A stretch of 64,000 bases of DNA, taken from Leidyana gryllorum EB-2025a. Its lineage: Eukaryota > Protista > Apicomplexa. The stretch is from contig JBLWGC010000141.1 in assembly GCA_048772705.1 (NCBI GenBank), positions 1-64,000 on the forward strand, read 5' to 3'. Made by a program: the position numbers and the translations under genes. This document shows positions 10,073 to 21,353 of the stretch, piece by piece. The notes under the pieces are model-generated. The model saw only the letters and a program-made list of their open reading frames with translations, had not been told where the DNA came from and did not search any database. The stretch's first letter is position 1. Each line of letters begins with the position of its first letter.

Positions 10073-10362
10073 GTAGCATTCGGGGAGAGCGCAACTGGTT
10101 GAATGATTGAACTGAGGTTTTTGCCCGACTCGAATCCAACTCTTTACGCTGGGGTCTGTATACAAGACCCGTGTTGCATGTGTCCAGTTGAGGAAGCGCT
10201 AGTCCGACTCTTCTGGGATGGGCTGAACCGGTTGCGTCCTTGGTGGTTAGCACTCGACACTTTGGATTTTCCGACTGGGTTCGATCCCTCCGCGACCCTT
10301 GAACTGGTCCTCACTACTCCCTGAAGCTTCGCCACTTCTCTTGGGCTGCGGGGACCATCCAT

Positions 10363-10435
10363 GCAGCCATGGTCTAGTGGTAACGACGTCTGCTTAACAC
10401 GCAGAAGGTCCCGAGTTCGATCCTCGGTGGCTGTA
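10363..10435 (+). tRNA. trnV: tRNA-Val(AAC)
   Basis: Intact. Confidence 0.88.
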
Positions 10436-10645
10436 GCTCGCAACTTTCAGCGGGCACCAAAAAAGACAATCTTAAGCGAGATCAACTGTGCTCCGAGACC
10501 GGAAATCTTCCGCGTGACAGGCGGAAATACTAACCACTATACTATCTCGGACGTTCCGAACACACCGGCCTTCAACCCCAAAAGTCCTCCCTCCTCGAGA
10601 CTTCACGAACAGAAAACGTGTAAAGTGGCGAGCCAAGAACACTTC

Positions 10646-10725
10646 GGCAAGATGGCCGAGTGGTGTAAGGCGCTGTTTTAAGGCCGCAGTCCGAAAGGGC
10701 GTGGGTTCGAATCCCACTCTTGTCA
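10646..10725 (+). tRNA. trnL: tRNA-Leu(AAG)
   Basis: Leu body. Confidence 0.75.
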
Positions 10726-10784
10726 GCCGTTGTATCGGCACTCGGTCAGCCACTGGATGCAGGGGGTTTTCCGTGTAGAGGGAT

Positions 10785-10857
10785 GGGCGGCTAGCTCAGA
10801 TGGTGGAGCGCTCGCGTTGCATGCGAGAGGTACTGGGATCGATACCCAGGTCGTCCA
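10785..10857 (+). tRNA. trnA: tRNA-Ala(TGC)
   Basis: Ala body. Confidence 0.75.
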
Positions 10858-11129
10858 AACTCGGTAGGGCGACTTGCCGGTAGTTAAATACAGAGTTGCG
10901 ACCTCTAACAGAGTGTCGCATATCGCAGCTCCCGGCACCGCTAGGCTTCGAAACTGCGACTTTGTGGTAAACAGCTACACGCTTTGCCGACTGAGCTACA
11001 AGACCCAGTTGCAATGTTCTTAAGCGAAGAAAAATCATACCTGCAGACCAAACAGCCCCCTGTCGGGCCTCGTGCCGAAGCTTGTCAGCGTCTCTGTCAA
11101 TCTGCCACGGCTGTTTGAGGCGTGCCTCC

Positions 11130-11200
11130 TGCGTCTGCCGGGAATCGAACCTGGGTCGTCTCGGTGGCAACGACACATTCTACCACTAGACCACAGATGC
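11130..11200 (-). tRNA. trnG: tRNA-Gly(GCC)
   Basis: Gly body, some mismatches. Confidence 0.72.
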
Positions 11201-11436
11201 ATGACTCGTTGTTGTTCAATCTCGTGCACAATAACGGCCGTTTTGCTTCAAATAAGAAGACAGAAGCGAGTTGAGCGAGTATGATGGGTAGTTTGTGGGT
11301 ACAGAGCAGCTGACTGCAGATCAGCAAGTCCGTGGTCCAACTCAGCGCGTGCCCTGAAGATGGTTTGGAACGATCGGAGATGTTGGACCTCCATTCCTGA
11401 CCACAAGGCAATTAGTCTGGAACGGGAGATGGTTTT

Positions 11437-11508
11437 GGGCCTATGGCGCAACGGTAGCGCGTCTGACTCCAGATCAGAAGGTTGGGTGTTCGAATCACTC
11501 TGGACTCA
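11437..11508 (+). tRNA. trnW: tRNA-Trp(CCA)
   Basis: CTCCAGA loop. Confidence 0.85.
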
Positions 11509-12100
11509 ATCAGACTTTATGTTCTTCTCGTATGGGGCGTAACCAAGAATGGGATTCGGACCCACGCCCAGTCGGCGCTGCGCCGTCACATACGTCCCTG
11601 CGAGTGCTACAGCTGTCCGCCCGTGTCTAATTGGCACTGGAGTTCAACGGCGTACAATTCTAGTGAATCAGCCATGTGCTATGCCTCTGCATCTGCCGGG
11701 AATCGAAACGGGTCGTCTCGATGGCAACGAGACATTCTACCAATAGACCACAGATGCAGATCACGATCTTGCTGCATCTTGTACGTGGTGACAGCCGTTG
11801 TTAGAGAGCCTATCGATGCATCAAAGCCTTCTGTCGGAATCGAGCCGCCGACTTCTCGCTTACGAAGCAAACGCTCTGCCCCTAACTTAAGACGGCAATC
11901 CAAGCAGGAAATTACGCATCTATCCCCATTGAGGGAGCTTACTGAAGGACTGTGATCGGATAGTCCGGGGACTTCCACTGCCGGGACTTGAACCCGGACC
12001 GTGCGGGCGAGAGCCGCATATCATAGCCGGTCTCAGCCATACCCTCATGTGATCGAGGCAGCGCCTGCCTGAGGGGTGACACCAGATGTCACAATCTCTC

Positions 12101-12173
12101 TGCCTCGGCCGTGGATCGAACACGGCACTTCCAGATCTTCAGTCTGGCGCTCTCCCAACTGAGCTACCGAGGC
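12101..12173 (-). tRNA. trnF: tRNA-Phe(GAA)
   Basis: CTGAAGA loop, GCCTCGG/CCGAGGC stem. Confidence 0.9.
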
Positions 12174-12861
12174 GCTAAAAAGTCCTGAAACGCGGTGAAA
12201 ATAAGCACTCACCGCAGCGCATCCTCGCGGCATGCCGAGTTCGACAGTTGCCAACTTGCCCGAGTGGGGAGGGGTGGTGAATTTGTATTTTATTGGGGCT
12301 GGTCCGTGGGGGTGCAGGCTTTGGGCGAGAGCCGTACCATCCTGAAAAGGAGTGGGATGTCAGGTCAACACCTCAATGAGCTTTTCTGGGAATCGGATCC
12401 AATTCTCTTTCCATCCTGACAGGGATACCACCGCTAGACCAAATAGCCGAATACTTGGGTGCATGCAACCGGATATATAGATAGAGACTCGAATCTACCG
12501 TAGCTTTTCCAGCCTATTCTTGAGGATGATCGCCGTTGCACAAAATGGGATTCGAACCCATGCAGACTTGCGCCTACCAGAACTTGAGTCTGGCCCCTAA
12601 GACCACTCGGGCATCTGTTCGTTACTTTCTTTCTGAGTCCCAGAGTGTTAATGGCTTCCGTTGCGGCGTCGATGTCGTTCTGGGTGCAGTGTACCGCCCC
12701 GGAGTACTCTTACGGCCCGAGTTGCTTAGATGGCAACGCATGTGATTGTAGTGGTGGCAACAAATATTCGACGAGCGAATTCCGTCCGCCGGGAGTTGAG
12801 GAGTGAACTTCATTCCATCCTGATCGATGCTTCGCTACCTCTACAGCCTCGCTCAAAGAGT

Positions 12862-12933
12862 GTCCGAGTCGTCTAGTGGTTAGGACAGCACGTTGTGGCC
12901 GTGCAAACCTAGGCTCGATTCCTGGCTCGGACA
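12862..12933 (+). tRNA. trnH: tRNA-His(GTG)
   Basis: TTGTGGC loop, A73, C54. Confidence 0.82.
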
Positions 12934-13008
12934 AGCAGTCTAAAGTGCATTGCTCTTCGCCGCGGTTGAAAATATTGTTGCAGCCATGGTCAAGTCTGTA
13001 CGATCGGC

Positions 13009-13079
13009 TGCACCGGCCGGGACTCGAACCCGGGCTGCGAGCATGGGAAGCTCGCATCCTACCCTTGGACCACAAGTGC
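13009..13079 (-). tRNA. trnG: tRNA-Gly(CCC)
   Basis: TTCCCAT loop. Confidence 0.8.
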
Positions 13080-13242
13080 ACTCGAGAAAGAGCTTCAGCA
13101 CCCCGAGACTCGGCCGCAGTCTGCGTTGAGCTAGTGGGTGCCTCAAGTACTGGCAGGTTCCAGTCTGCGCGATCCTCGGTGGCTGTAGCTTGCAACTTTC
13201 AGCGAGAACCAAAGAAGAGAGTCTCAAGCGAGATCAACTGTG

Positions 13243-13314
13243 CTCCGAGACCGGGAATCGAACCCGGGTCTTCCGCGTGACAGGCGGAAATACTAACCAC
13301 TATACTATCTCGGA
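13243..13314 (-). tRNA. trnD: tRNA-Asp(GTC)
   Basis: Intact. Confidence 0.93.
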
Positions 13315-13506
13315 CGCTCTGAACACACCGGCCTCCAATTCCAGAAGTCTTTCTATTTTGGCTCACGGACAAAAAACGCGTGGAGCGATGAACCAACAAC
13401 ACTGTGGCAAGATGGCCGAGATGTCTGAGGCGCTGTGCTCAGACCGCAGTCCGAAAGGGCGAGGATCTCGGGTTGAGCCTTTCGGACCCCCGGAGCAGTT
13501 GGACGG

Positions 13507-13586
13507 CCGGGGGTTGCTCAGTTGGTAGAGCATCTGACTGTAGTGCTGGCATCAGATAGTCGGCGGTTCGATTCCGTCCCACCGCA
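13507..13586 (+). tRNA. trnY: tRNA-Tyr(GTA) with 7-nt intron
   Basis: CTGTAG[TGCTGGC]ATCAGA. Confidence 0.75.
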
Positions 13587-13678
13587 AGTAGAGTGGTGAT
13601 TGGCAAAGTACTACTCAACCTGAAGCTGGGAGCAGAAATTGGCCCAGTCTCTCGGGGTGCTGCAGATCGTTCGCAATT

Positions 13679-13749
13679 GCACTTGTGGTCTAAGGGTAAG
13701 ATGCGACCCTTCCAAGGTCGTAACCCGGGTTCGAGTCCCGGCAGGTGCA
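13679..13749 (+). tRNA. trnG: tRNA-Gly(TCC)
   Basis: Intact. Confidence 0.92.
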
Positions 13750-13826
13750 GCTGTAGCTGTTTGTAGGTCAAACGACCTGTACATCAGTGAAGTGAGGGGA
13801 CTTGAGTGCCAATACAATACAACGGC

Positions 13827-13906
13827 TGACAAGAGTGGGATTCGAACCCACGCCCTTTCGGACTGCGGCCTGAACACAGCGCCTTAGACCACTCGGCCAT
13901 CTTGCC
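13827..13906 (-). tRNA. trnL: tRNA-Leu(CAG)
   Basis: TTCAGGC loop, intact. Confidence 0.93.
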
Positions 13907-14152
13907 GGAGCGTTCGCCACTTTACAGGTTTTCTGTCCGTGTAGTTCTCGAGAAGGAAGACTTTTAGGGTTGAAGACGCGGAAGACGCGGGTTCGATGCC
14001 CTGTTTTGGAGGGTACAGGGCGAGCTTCCTTGCCGCCCCAACTCCGTCGGTGGCGCGCAAGACGTTTGATGGGAGAACGCGGGTTCGTGCCGGCGCGAGC
14101 AGTGCTGAACCGTATGTGAAGCCACTGGCTGCAAAATGCCAAGCTCGACAGC

Positions 14153-14234
14153 GGCAACTTGCCCGAGTGGTTGAGGGGGTAGACTAGAAATCTACTGGGC
14201 CTGGCCCGCTTTGGTTCAAATCCAGCAGTTGTCG
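14153..14234 (+). tRNA. trnS: tRNA-Ser(AGA)
   Basis: Ser body. Confidence 0.8.
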
Positions 14235-14309
14235 TGCGATGTGGTTGGAGGGTTAAACATCAACTCACGCATGAATTTCTGAATGGTGGAAACGCAACCA
14301 TGTGTCCTC

Positions 14310-14380
14310 TGCATCTGCCGGGAATCGAACCCGGGCCGTCTCGATGGCAACGAGACATTCTACCATTAGACCACAGATGC
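14310..14380 (-). tRNA. trnG: tRNA-Gly(GCC)
   Basis: Gly body. Confidence 0.85.
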
Positions 14381-14553
14381 GTGACACCTTGTTGTTGAAG
14401 CTCGTACACGGTAACGGCCGTTTTCTGAACGAATGGAATGTCCGTGGCGTGTTCAGAGCGTCCGAGATAGCATAGTGGTTACTATTTTCGCATGTCACGC
14501 CTAAGAAGCGGGCCCGATTGCCGGTAAATGAGTCTGGAACGGGGGATGGTTTT

Positions 14554-14625
14554 GGGCCTATGGCGCAACGGTAGCGCGTCTGACTCCAGATCAGAAGGTT
14601 GGGTGTTCGAATCACTCTGGGCTCA
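14554..14625 (+). tRNA. trnW: tRNA-Trp(CCA)
   Basis: Intact. Confidence 0.92.
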
Positions 14626-14661
14626 ACCGGACTCTATGTTTTTCCCGTTTGGGGCGCAACC

Positions 14662-14741
14662 TGACAAAAGTGGGATTCGAACCCACGACCTTTCGGACTG
14701 CGGTCTGAGCACAGCGCCTCAGACCACTCGGTCATCTTGCC
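14662..14741 (-). tRNA. trnL: tRNA-Leu(CAG)
   Basis: Leu body. Confidence 0.75.
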
Positions 14742-14835
14742 GGGATGTTGTTGGCTCGCCGCTCCAAGCGTTTTCTATCCCTTGAATCTCAAGATGGAAG
14801 GACTTTTGGGGTTTCAGGCCGGTGTGTTCGGAGCG

Positions 14836-14907
14836 TCCGAGATAGTATAGTGGTTAGTATTTCCGCCTGTCACGCGGAAGACCCGGGTTCGATTCCCGGT
14901 CTCGGAG
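14836..14907 (+). tRNA. trnD: tRNA-Asp(GTC)
   Basis: Intact. Confidence 0.93.
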
Positions 14908-15044
14908 CAGTTCCAGCCCTCACAACTGGTGCAACTCAGATTTTGTCGCAGCTGGTCTGGACTTCATTCGGGATTGTACGAGTGGGAGCCGCGTATAGAA
15001 GCCGACCTTGGAGGGACGCGGCATTGAGTCAACAACTATCAGAC

Positions 15045-15116
15045 GGGCTGTTCTGGGAATCGAACCCAGGACTTCTTCCACCCGAAGGAAGAATCATACC
15101 ACTAGACCAAACAGCC
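15045..15116 (-). tRNA. trnP: tRNA-Pro(CGG)
   Basis: TTCGGGT loop. Confidence 0.92.
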
Positions 15117-15203
15117 GGCTGTCGGTCGAGCAACCCGCTGAGTACAGTCGAGAGAGTGGTCATACGATGTTGAGAACAAAAAAATCGATGGGGTCTGCGC
15201 AAC

Positions 15204-15276
15204 GGGCGACTAGCTCAAATGGTAGAGCGCTCGCTTAGCATGCGAGAGGTACTGGGATCGATGCCCAGGTCGTCCA
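15204..15276 (+). tRNA. trnA: tRNA-Ala(AGC)
   Basis: TTAGCAT loop. Confidence 0.92.
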
Positions 15277-15391
15277 AAGTTCGTACGGCTGCACGTGGCG
15301 GGATCCAAACAAACTTCCATCTTTGAAGGGTCGCAGACCACAAGTGCCATTGGCACACCAGCGCACTCAGTGTTTAGTGTGCCTCTGAAAC

Positions 15392-15464
15392 CGGTCCTGG
15401 AAGGTTTCGAACCTGCGACTTTGTGGTTAACAGCCACACGCTCTGCCGACTGAGCTACGAGACC
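15392..15464 (-). tRNA. trnN: tRNA-Asn(GTT)
   Basis: Asn body. Confidence 0.8.
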
Positions 15465-15580
15465 CAGCTACAATGGTTCAGAGGTTAGTATAGAGATCCT
15501 TCTTTTTCTACCACAGGATTCTGCAACCACGTCTTGTCAAGAGGTACGGCTCTCGGCTAAAGCTGCAGCTGAGGAAGTTG

Positions 15581-15653
15581 TCCACTGTAGTCTAAGTGGC
15601 TAGGATATGCGGCTCTCACCCGCACGATCCGGGTTCAAGTCCCGGCAGTGGAA
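15581..15653 (+). tRNA. trnE: tRNA-Glu(CTC)
   Basis: CTCTCAC loop, intact. Confidence 0.92.
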
Positions 15654-15713
15654 ATCCAGCTGAGTGTGCTTGTAGGCAACAGTTCCATTCTTACTCCCAT
15701 GGAAATAGATCCA

Positions 15714-15786
15714 CACCGCCCGCGGGGCTCGAACCCGCGACTGAATGATTAAGAGTCTTGCGCTCTACCGACTGAGCTAGGGCGGC
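15714..15786 (-). tRNA. trnK: tRNA-Lys(CTT), anticodon stem mismatches
   Basis: Lys body. Confidence 0.7.
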
Positions 15787-16251
15787 AGGAATGCAAGGAC
15801 ACAAAGCCCGATAGCCTGACATTTGAAGTGGCTCCGCTCCCACAGCTGGTACCCACAGGTCGTTCGCGTGGCAGGCGGGACTACTCTTTGATACCATGTC
15901 GGAGGCGCGTGACCCCCAACGTTAGAGCCCAGCCTTTCCATTCTCTAGCTTCAAACAGACAGGGAACGCTTGAAGTGGCGGGACAGAAACCGAGCTGGTA
16001 AGATGGCTGAGGGGTCTAAGGCGCTGTTTTTAAGTCGCACTCCGAGAGGACGTGGGTCCAAATCCCACTCTTTTCAGGTAGCGCCTCACACGGGAAAAAC
16101 AAATAGTCTGATTGAGCCCAGAGTGATTCGAAAACCCAACCTTCTGATCTGGAGTCAGACGCGCTACGTTCCGCCATAGGCCCAAAACCATCCCCCGCTC
16201 CAGACTCATTGCCTTGTGGTCCAACATCTCCGATCGTTCCAAACCATCTTC

Positions 16252-16323
16252 AGGGCACGCGCGGAGTTGAACCACGGACTTGCTGATCTGCAGTCAGCTG
16301 CTCTACCACTGAGCTACGTACCC
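16252..16323 (-). tRNA. trnC: tRNA-Cys(GCA)
   Basis: CTGCAGA loop, T73. Confidence 0.9.
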
Positions 16324-16418
16324 ACAAAATACCCGTCATACTCGCTCAACTCGTTTTTTTTTCTCATTTGAAGCAAAACGGCCGTTATTGTGCACGAGCT
16401 TGAACAACAACGAGTGAT

Positions 16419-16489
16419 GCATCTGTGGTCTAGTGGTAGAATGTCTCGTTGCCATCGAGACGACCCGCGTTCGATTCCCGCTAGATGCA
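16419..16489 (+). tRNA. trnG: tRNA-Gly(GCC)
   Basis: Gly body, T-stem changes. Confidence 0.7.
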
Positions 16490-17360
16490 GAGGACATAGA
16501 CATACATGATTTAGTGCCAATCAGACACTGGCGGACAGCTGTAGCACTCGCAGGGACATATGTGACGGCGCAGCGCCGAATGGGCGTGGATCCAAATCCC
16601 ATCCTTGTCAGGATAGAACTTGGGATTTTCTTTCCTGCGTGTGAAGCAGACGTCGTAAGCAGTAGACCATGGCTGTACGGAGCTTCCGGGCCGTGAACGG
16701 GGCGTATGTCTTTCGACACACGTATCCGATGAGCCTCACAGAAGTTGGACGGCCTGGAGTAGCTCATTTAGAGAGCATCTAACGCTCCTGTTACATTTCA
16801 TCCTGATTGATGCCCCACTGCCTTGATAGCTACTTGCAGATTGTCCGAGTCGTCTAGTGGTTGGGACAGCAAGTTGTGGCCGTGCGAAGCCAGGCTCGAT
16901 TCCCGGCTGAGGCACCCACAGGGGGCTGTTTGGTCTAGTTACATGATTCTTTCTTCGGCTGGAAGAAGTCCTGGGTTCAATGCCACGTCTCTCCAAGGTC
17001 GGCTACTATACGCGGCTCCCACTCGTACAATCCCGAATGAAGTCCAGACCAGCTGAGACAAAATCTGAGTTGCAGCAGTTTTGAGGGGCTGGAACTGCTC
17101 GGACCGGGAATCGAACCCGGGTCTTCCGAGTGACAGGCGGAAATACTAACCACTATACTATCTCAAATGCTCTGAACACGCCGGCCTCCAACCCCAAAAG
17201 TTCTTCCATTATGAGATTCCAAGCACAGAAAACGCGTGGAGCGGCGAGCCAACAACATCCCGGCAAGATGGTCGATTTGTCTAAGCGCTGTGCTCAGACC
17301 GCAGTGCGACAGGGCGAGGATCTGGGGTTGAGCCTTTCGAACCCCGGAGCAGTTGGACGG

Positions 17361-17440
17361 CCGGGGGTAGCTCAGTTGGTAGAGCATCTGACTGTAGTGC
17401 TGGCATCAGATAGTCGGCGGTTCGATTCCGTCCCACCGGA
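17361..17440 (+). tRNA. trnY: tRNA-Tyr(GTA) with 7-nt intron (17398-17404)
   Basis: C1:G72, A73, CTGTAG[TGCTGGC]ATCAGA. Confidence 0.88.
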
Positions 17441-17665
17441 AGTAGCAATGTGGTTTCGGCAGACAGCGTTGATAGGCCAAGTAGACTACTCCGGCGAACA
17501 TTCCATCGATGTAACTCGGATGGGCTGGGAATCGATCCCAGTACCTTTCGTATAGTAAGCCACCGTTTCGTCATCTGGGTTAGCCTACCTCGTGGCATTG
17601 AGTGATACTTCACGTAGTGAGACGAGTCTCTCGACTTTGCCCAGCTGGTTGAACCACCGGCTAGC

Positions 17666-17737
17666 GGCTGTTTGGTCTAGTGGTATGATTCTTCCTTCGG
17701 GTGGCAGAAGTTCTGGGTTCGATTCCCAGAACAGCCC
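17666..17737 (+). tRNA. trnP: tRNA-Pro(CGG)
   Basis: Pro body. Confidence 0.8.
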
Positions 17738-18087
17738 TATTGGTCGTCAGTGGATCCGACGGGACAAGTTGCCCCCAGAACCAACACAGCCACCTCGTTG
17801 GCCAGGCCCAGTAGATTTCTAGTCTACCCCTTGAACACTCGGGCAAGTTGCCACCTGTCGAACTCGGCATTTAGCGGCCAGTGGCTTCACATACGGTTCA
17901 GCAAGCTTGACTCGGACTGCTGGCGCTGCCCGAACCCGCGGTCTCTCCATTGAAAGTCTGGCGCTCTACCGACGGAGCTGGCGCGGCAGGGAAGTGAGGA
18001 CTTCATAACACGTACCTTTCGTATTGGTCGCAGAATGTTGGGGGTTGCTGGAGTCCAGGGCGACTCTTTATCGAAGATCCACTCACT

Positions 18088-18161
18088 TGGTCACGCCCGG
18101 GCTCGAACCGGGGACCTTGAGCTTATTAGGCTCACGCTCTGACCGACTGAGCTACGCGACC
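18088..18161 (-). tRNA. trnI: tRNA-Ile(AAT)
   Basis: CTAATAA loop. Confidence 0.92.
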
Positions 18162-18307
18162 ACTTCTGCCACGACAGATGGCACCGACCCGGATGCTGGA
18201 TCCCACCTCAGCTGGACTCAAACATCTCAGACACTAGCGGACAGCTGGAATCCACTCTTCTCAGGTGGCGCCCCGTACGAGTTAGTCGGCGCTTCCGATG
18301 CCGACCG

Positions 18308-18380
18308 TGGGAGTGGGGAGGATTGAACTCTCGACTTCAGGATTATGAGACCTAGGCGCTACCGACTGCGCTACACTCCC
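18308..18380 (-). tRNA. trnM: elongator tRNA-Met(CAT)
   Basis: CTCATAA loop, GGGAGTG/CACTCCC stem. Confidence 0.8.
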
Positions 18381-18716
18381 TCGTGAAACTTCTCTCGATG
18401 CATCTCTTCCTGTCAAAAGGGTGCAGAGGGATGCTCCATCAACAACACACCCGCCCAGTTGGGCCGGCGCTTGACCGCGAACTTGGAACTTATCAGGCTC
18501 ACCCTTTAAGTGACCGAAAATAGGCAGAGTTGAGGTAAACACTCACTGGACCAACTAGCCGACTGATGTGCTCCGCAAAACCACCACGATTGGCCTTCCT
18601 CCACCCCGCCAAACAGTCATTCCAGAGCCAAATACTGACATTTAGAAGGGGCTATACCCACATCACTAACAGTTTGCACGGGATTCCCGACGAAAGGTAT
18701 GATCAATTACACTCTT

Positions 18717-18798
18717 GGCAAGGTGGCCGAGTGGTTAAGGCGGCGGCCTGCTAAGCCGTTGGGTTTCACCCGCGTGAGTTCGAATCTCACCCTTGACG
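18717..18798 (+). tRNA. trnS: tRNA-Ser(GCT)
   Basis: Ser body. Confidence 0.85.
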
Positions 18799-19631
18799 GT
18801 AGCATTCGCGGAGAGCGTGCTTCAATGATTGTCCGACTCAAATAGAACGCTCTACGCTGGGCGCTATATACAGGAGCCAATTAATTATTTCAGCGGTCAG
18901 TAGAGAGACTCGTGTTGCGTGTGTTCATTTGAGAAAGGGCTAGTCCGGATAGTTCTACCGACTCTTCAGGGATGGGCTGAAGCGGTTGCGTGGTGAGTGG
19001 TTAGCACTGGAGACTCTGAATCTCCCGACCTGGGTTCGATTTCCGGCGCGACCTTGGAACTGGTCTTCACTGCTCCGTAAAACTTCGCCACTCCTCTTGG
19101 GCTGCGGGGCCCATTCATGCAGTCAACGGTTTAGTGGTTACGACGTCTGCTCAACACCCAAAAGGTCCCGAGTTCGGTCCTCGGTGGCTGTAGCTCGCGA
19201 CGTTCAGCGAGAACTAAAAGAGAGAATCTTCAGCGAAGCCATCTGTGCCCCGAGACCGGGAATCGAACCAGGGTATGCCGCGTGACAGGCGGAAATACTG
19301 ACCACTATACTATCTCGGGCGCTAGTAAACTCGCCGGCCTCCAACCCCAGAAGTCCTCGCATTTTGAGATTTCACCGAGAGGAAATGGGTGGAACGGCGA
19401 GCCAAGAACACTCCGGCAAGATGGCCGAGTGCTGTGTGCAAGCCGCCGTCCGAAATGCGGGCAGAGGATCGCAACCATGTTTAGGCTAATGACTGAAGCC
19501 TCCTGCCGGAATCGAACAGCGACCTTTCGCTTACAAAGCGAATGCTCTGCCCCTAAGCTAAGGAGGCATTCCCTGTCTCGACCCATATGAGTTTTTGATG
19601 CTGGGAATTGCATCATTTCCACCACATCGCA

Positions 19632-19713
19632 CGACAACTGCTGGATTTGAACCAGCGCGGTCCAGGCCCAGTAGATTTCGAGTCTACCCCCTTAACCACT
19701 CGGGCAAGTTGCC
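19632..19713 (-). tRNA. trnS: tRNA-Ser(CGA)
   Basis: CTCGAAA loop. Confidence 0.85.
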
Positions 19714-20048
19714 AACGGTAGAACTCGGCATGCCGCAGGCAGTGGCTTCACATACGGTTCAGCGAGCTTTACTAGGACTCCTCGCGCTGTCCGAACCCGC
19801 GGTCTCTCCATTGAAAGTCTTGCGCTCTACGGACTGAGCTAGGGCGGCAAACGAAGCTCTAGACTTAGTTACACCCTATTTGCCGTTGGGCGGAGCAGTG
19901 GAAGTCATTGGACCGGTGGAACAATGTGCTTCAGTAACTTCCGTTAACATTGCCTTCTTAGCTTGTGGCAGAGCATCCGCTTAGTAAGCGAAAGGTCGCC
20001 GGTTCGATTCGGGCAGAAGGCTTACAACTGTTCCCTTCTGCGCACACT

Positions 20049-20119
20049 TAGCAGTGCGTCGTTTCGATCGACGGACCTTTGGGTTATGAGCCCAACACTC
20101 TTCACTGAGCTACACTGCT
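20049..20119 (-). tRNA. trnM: initiator tRNA-Met(CAT), 1-nt D-loop deletion
   Basis: iMet body. Confidence 0.72.
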
Positions 20120-20260
20120 TAGTTTGCAACATGGAAGAGGGAGCCGAAATGCGATTTTTGAGAGGTTAGTTGCGCTGACTGCCCTACCGAAGTGGGCTAA
20201 CGAGGTGGCTGTGTTGATTCAGAGGGGACCTCGTTCCGTCGGGTCAACCGACGACCAAGA

Positions 20261-20332
20261 GGGCTGTTCTGGGAATCGAACTCAGGACTCTCTCCACCCT
20301 AAGGAAGGATTATACCACTAGACCAAACAGCC
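20261..20332 (-). tRNA. trnP: tRNA-Pro(AGG), diverged
   Basis: Pro body. Confidence 0.7.
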
Positions 20333-20587
20333 GCCTAGCCGGGGTTCAACCCGCTGGGTACAGTCGAGAGACTCGTCTCACTATGTGAAGTCTTACTCAA
20401 TCCCATGAGGTGGGCACAAAGGGAGGCTAGCCCAGATGATGAGACGGTGGCTTAGTATACGAAAGGTTCTGGGATCGATTCCCAGCCCATCCAAGCTACA
20501 TAGATGGAACCCTCGCCGGAGTAGTCTAGTTGGCCTATCAACGCTGTCCATCAGGTTGAGTAGTAGTTTGCCGATCACCCCTCTACT

Positions 20588-20666
20588 TCCGGTGGGACGG
20601 AATCGAACCGCCGACTATCTGATGCCAGCACTACAGTCGGATGCTCGACCAACTGAGCTACCCCGG
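20588..20666 (-). tRNA. trnY: tRNA-Tyr(GTA) with 7-nt intron, diverged
   Basis: Tyr body. Confidence 0.68.
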
Positions 20667-20861
20667 CCGTCCAACTGCGCCGGGGTTCGGAAGGCTCAAT
20701 CCCAGATCCTCGCCCTTTCGGACTGCGGTCTGAGCACAGCGCCTCAGACAACTCGGCCATCTTGCCGGGATGTTGTTGGCTCGCCGCTCCACGCGTTTTC
20801 TATCCTTGGAATCTCAAAATGGAAGGACGTTTGGGGTTGGAGGCCGGCGTGTTTGCGAGCG

Positions 20862-20933
20862 TCCGAGATAGTATAGTGGTTAGTATTTCCGCCTGTCACG
20901 CGGAAGACCCGGGTTCGATTCCCGGTCTCGGAG
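20862..20933 (+). tRNA. trnD: tRNA-Asp(GTC)
   Basis: Intact. Confidence 0.93.
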
Positions 20934-20988
20934 CACAGTTGGTTTCGCTTGAGATTCTCTTCTTTGGTTCTCGCTGAAAGTTGCGAGC

Positions 20989-21061
20989 TACAGCCACCGA
21001 GGATCGAACTCGGGACCTTCTGCGTGTTAAGCAGACGTCGTAACCACTAGACCATGGCTGC
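20989..21061 (-). tRNA. trnV: tRNA-Val(AAC)
   Basis: Intact. Confidence 0.92.
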
Positions 21062-21353
21062 AGGGATGGTCCCCGCAGCCCAAGAGAAGTGGCGAAGCTT
21101 CAGGGAGTGGTGAGGACCAGTTCAAGGGTCGCGCCGGGATCGAACCCAGGTCGGAAAATCCAAAGTGTCGAGTGCTAACCACCAAGGACGCAACCGGTTC
21201 AGCCCATCCCAGAAGAGTCGGACTAGCGCTTCCTCAACTGGACACATGCAACACGGGTCTTGTATACAGACCCCAGCGTAAAGCGTTGGATTCGAGTCGG
21301 CCAAAATCCTCAGTTCAAATCATTGAACCAGATGCGCTCTCCCCGAATGCTAC

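Larger units (their letters stand above)
15240..20820 (+). repeat. Left arm of large inverted duplication
   Basis: Near-identical reverse complement at ~33675-39735; ORF-track pairs sum to 54974 and 54496. Confidence 0.9.

Noticed and set aside
15285-15355. 5S rRNA or U6 snRNA in the spacers
   Set aside because: No 5S or U6 motifs were recognised; this spacer aligns to a decayed Gly(TCC)
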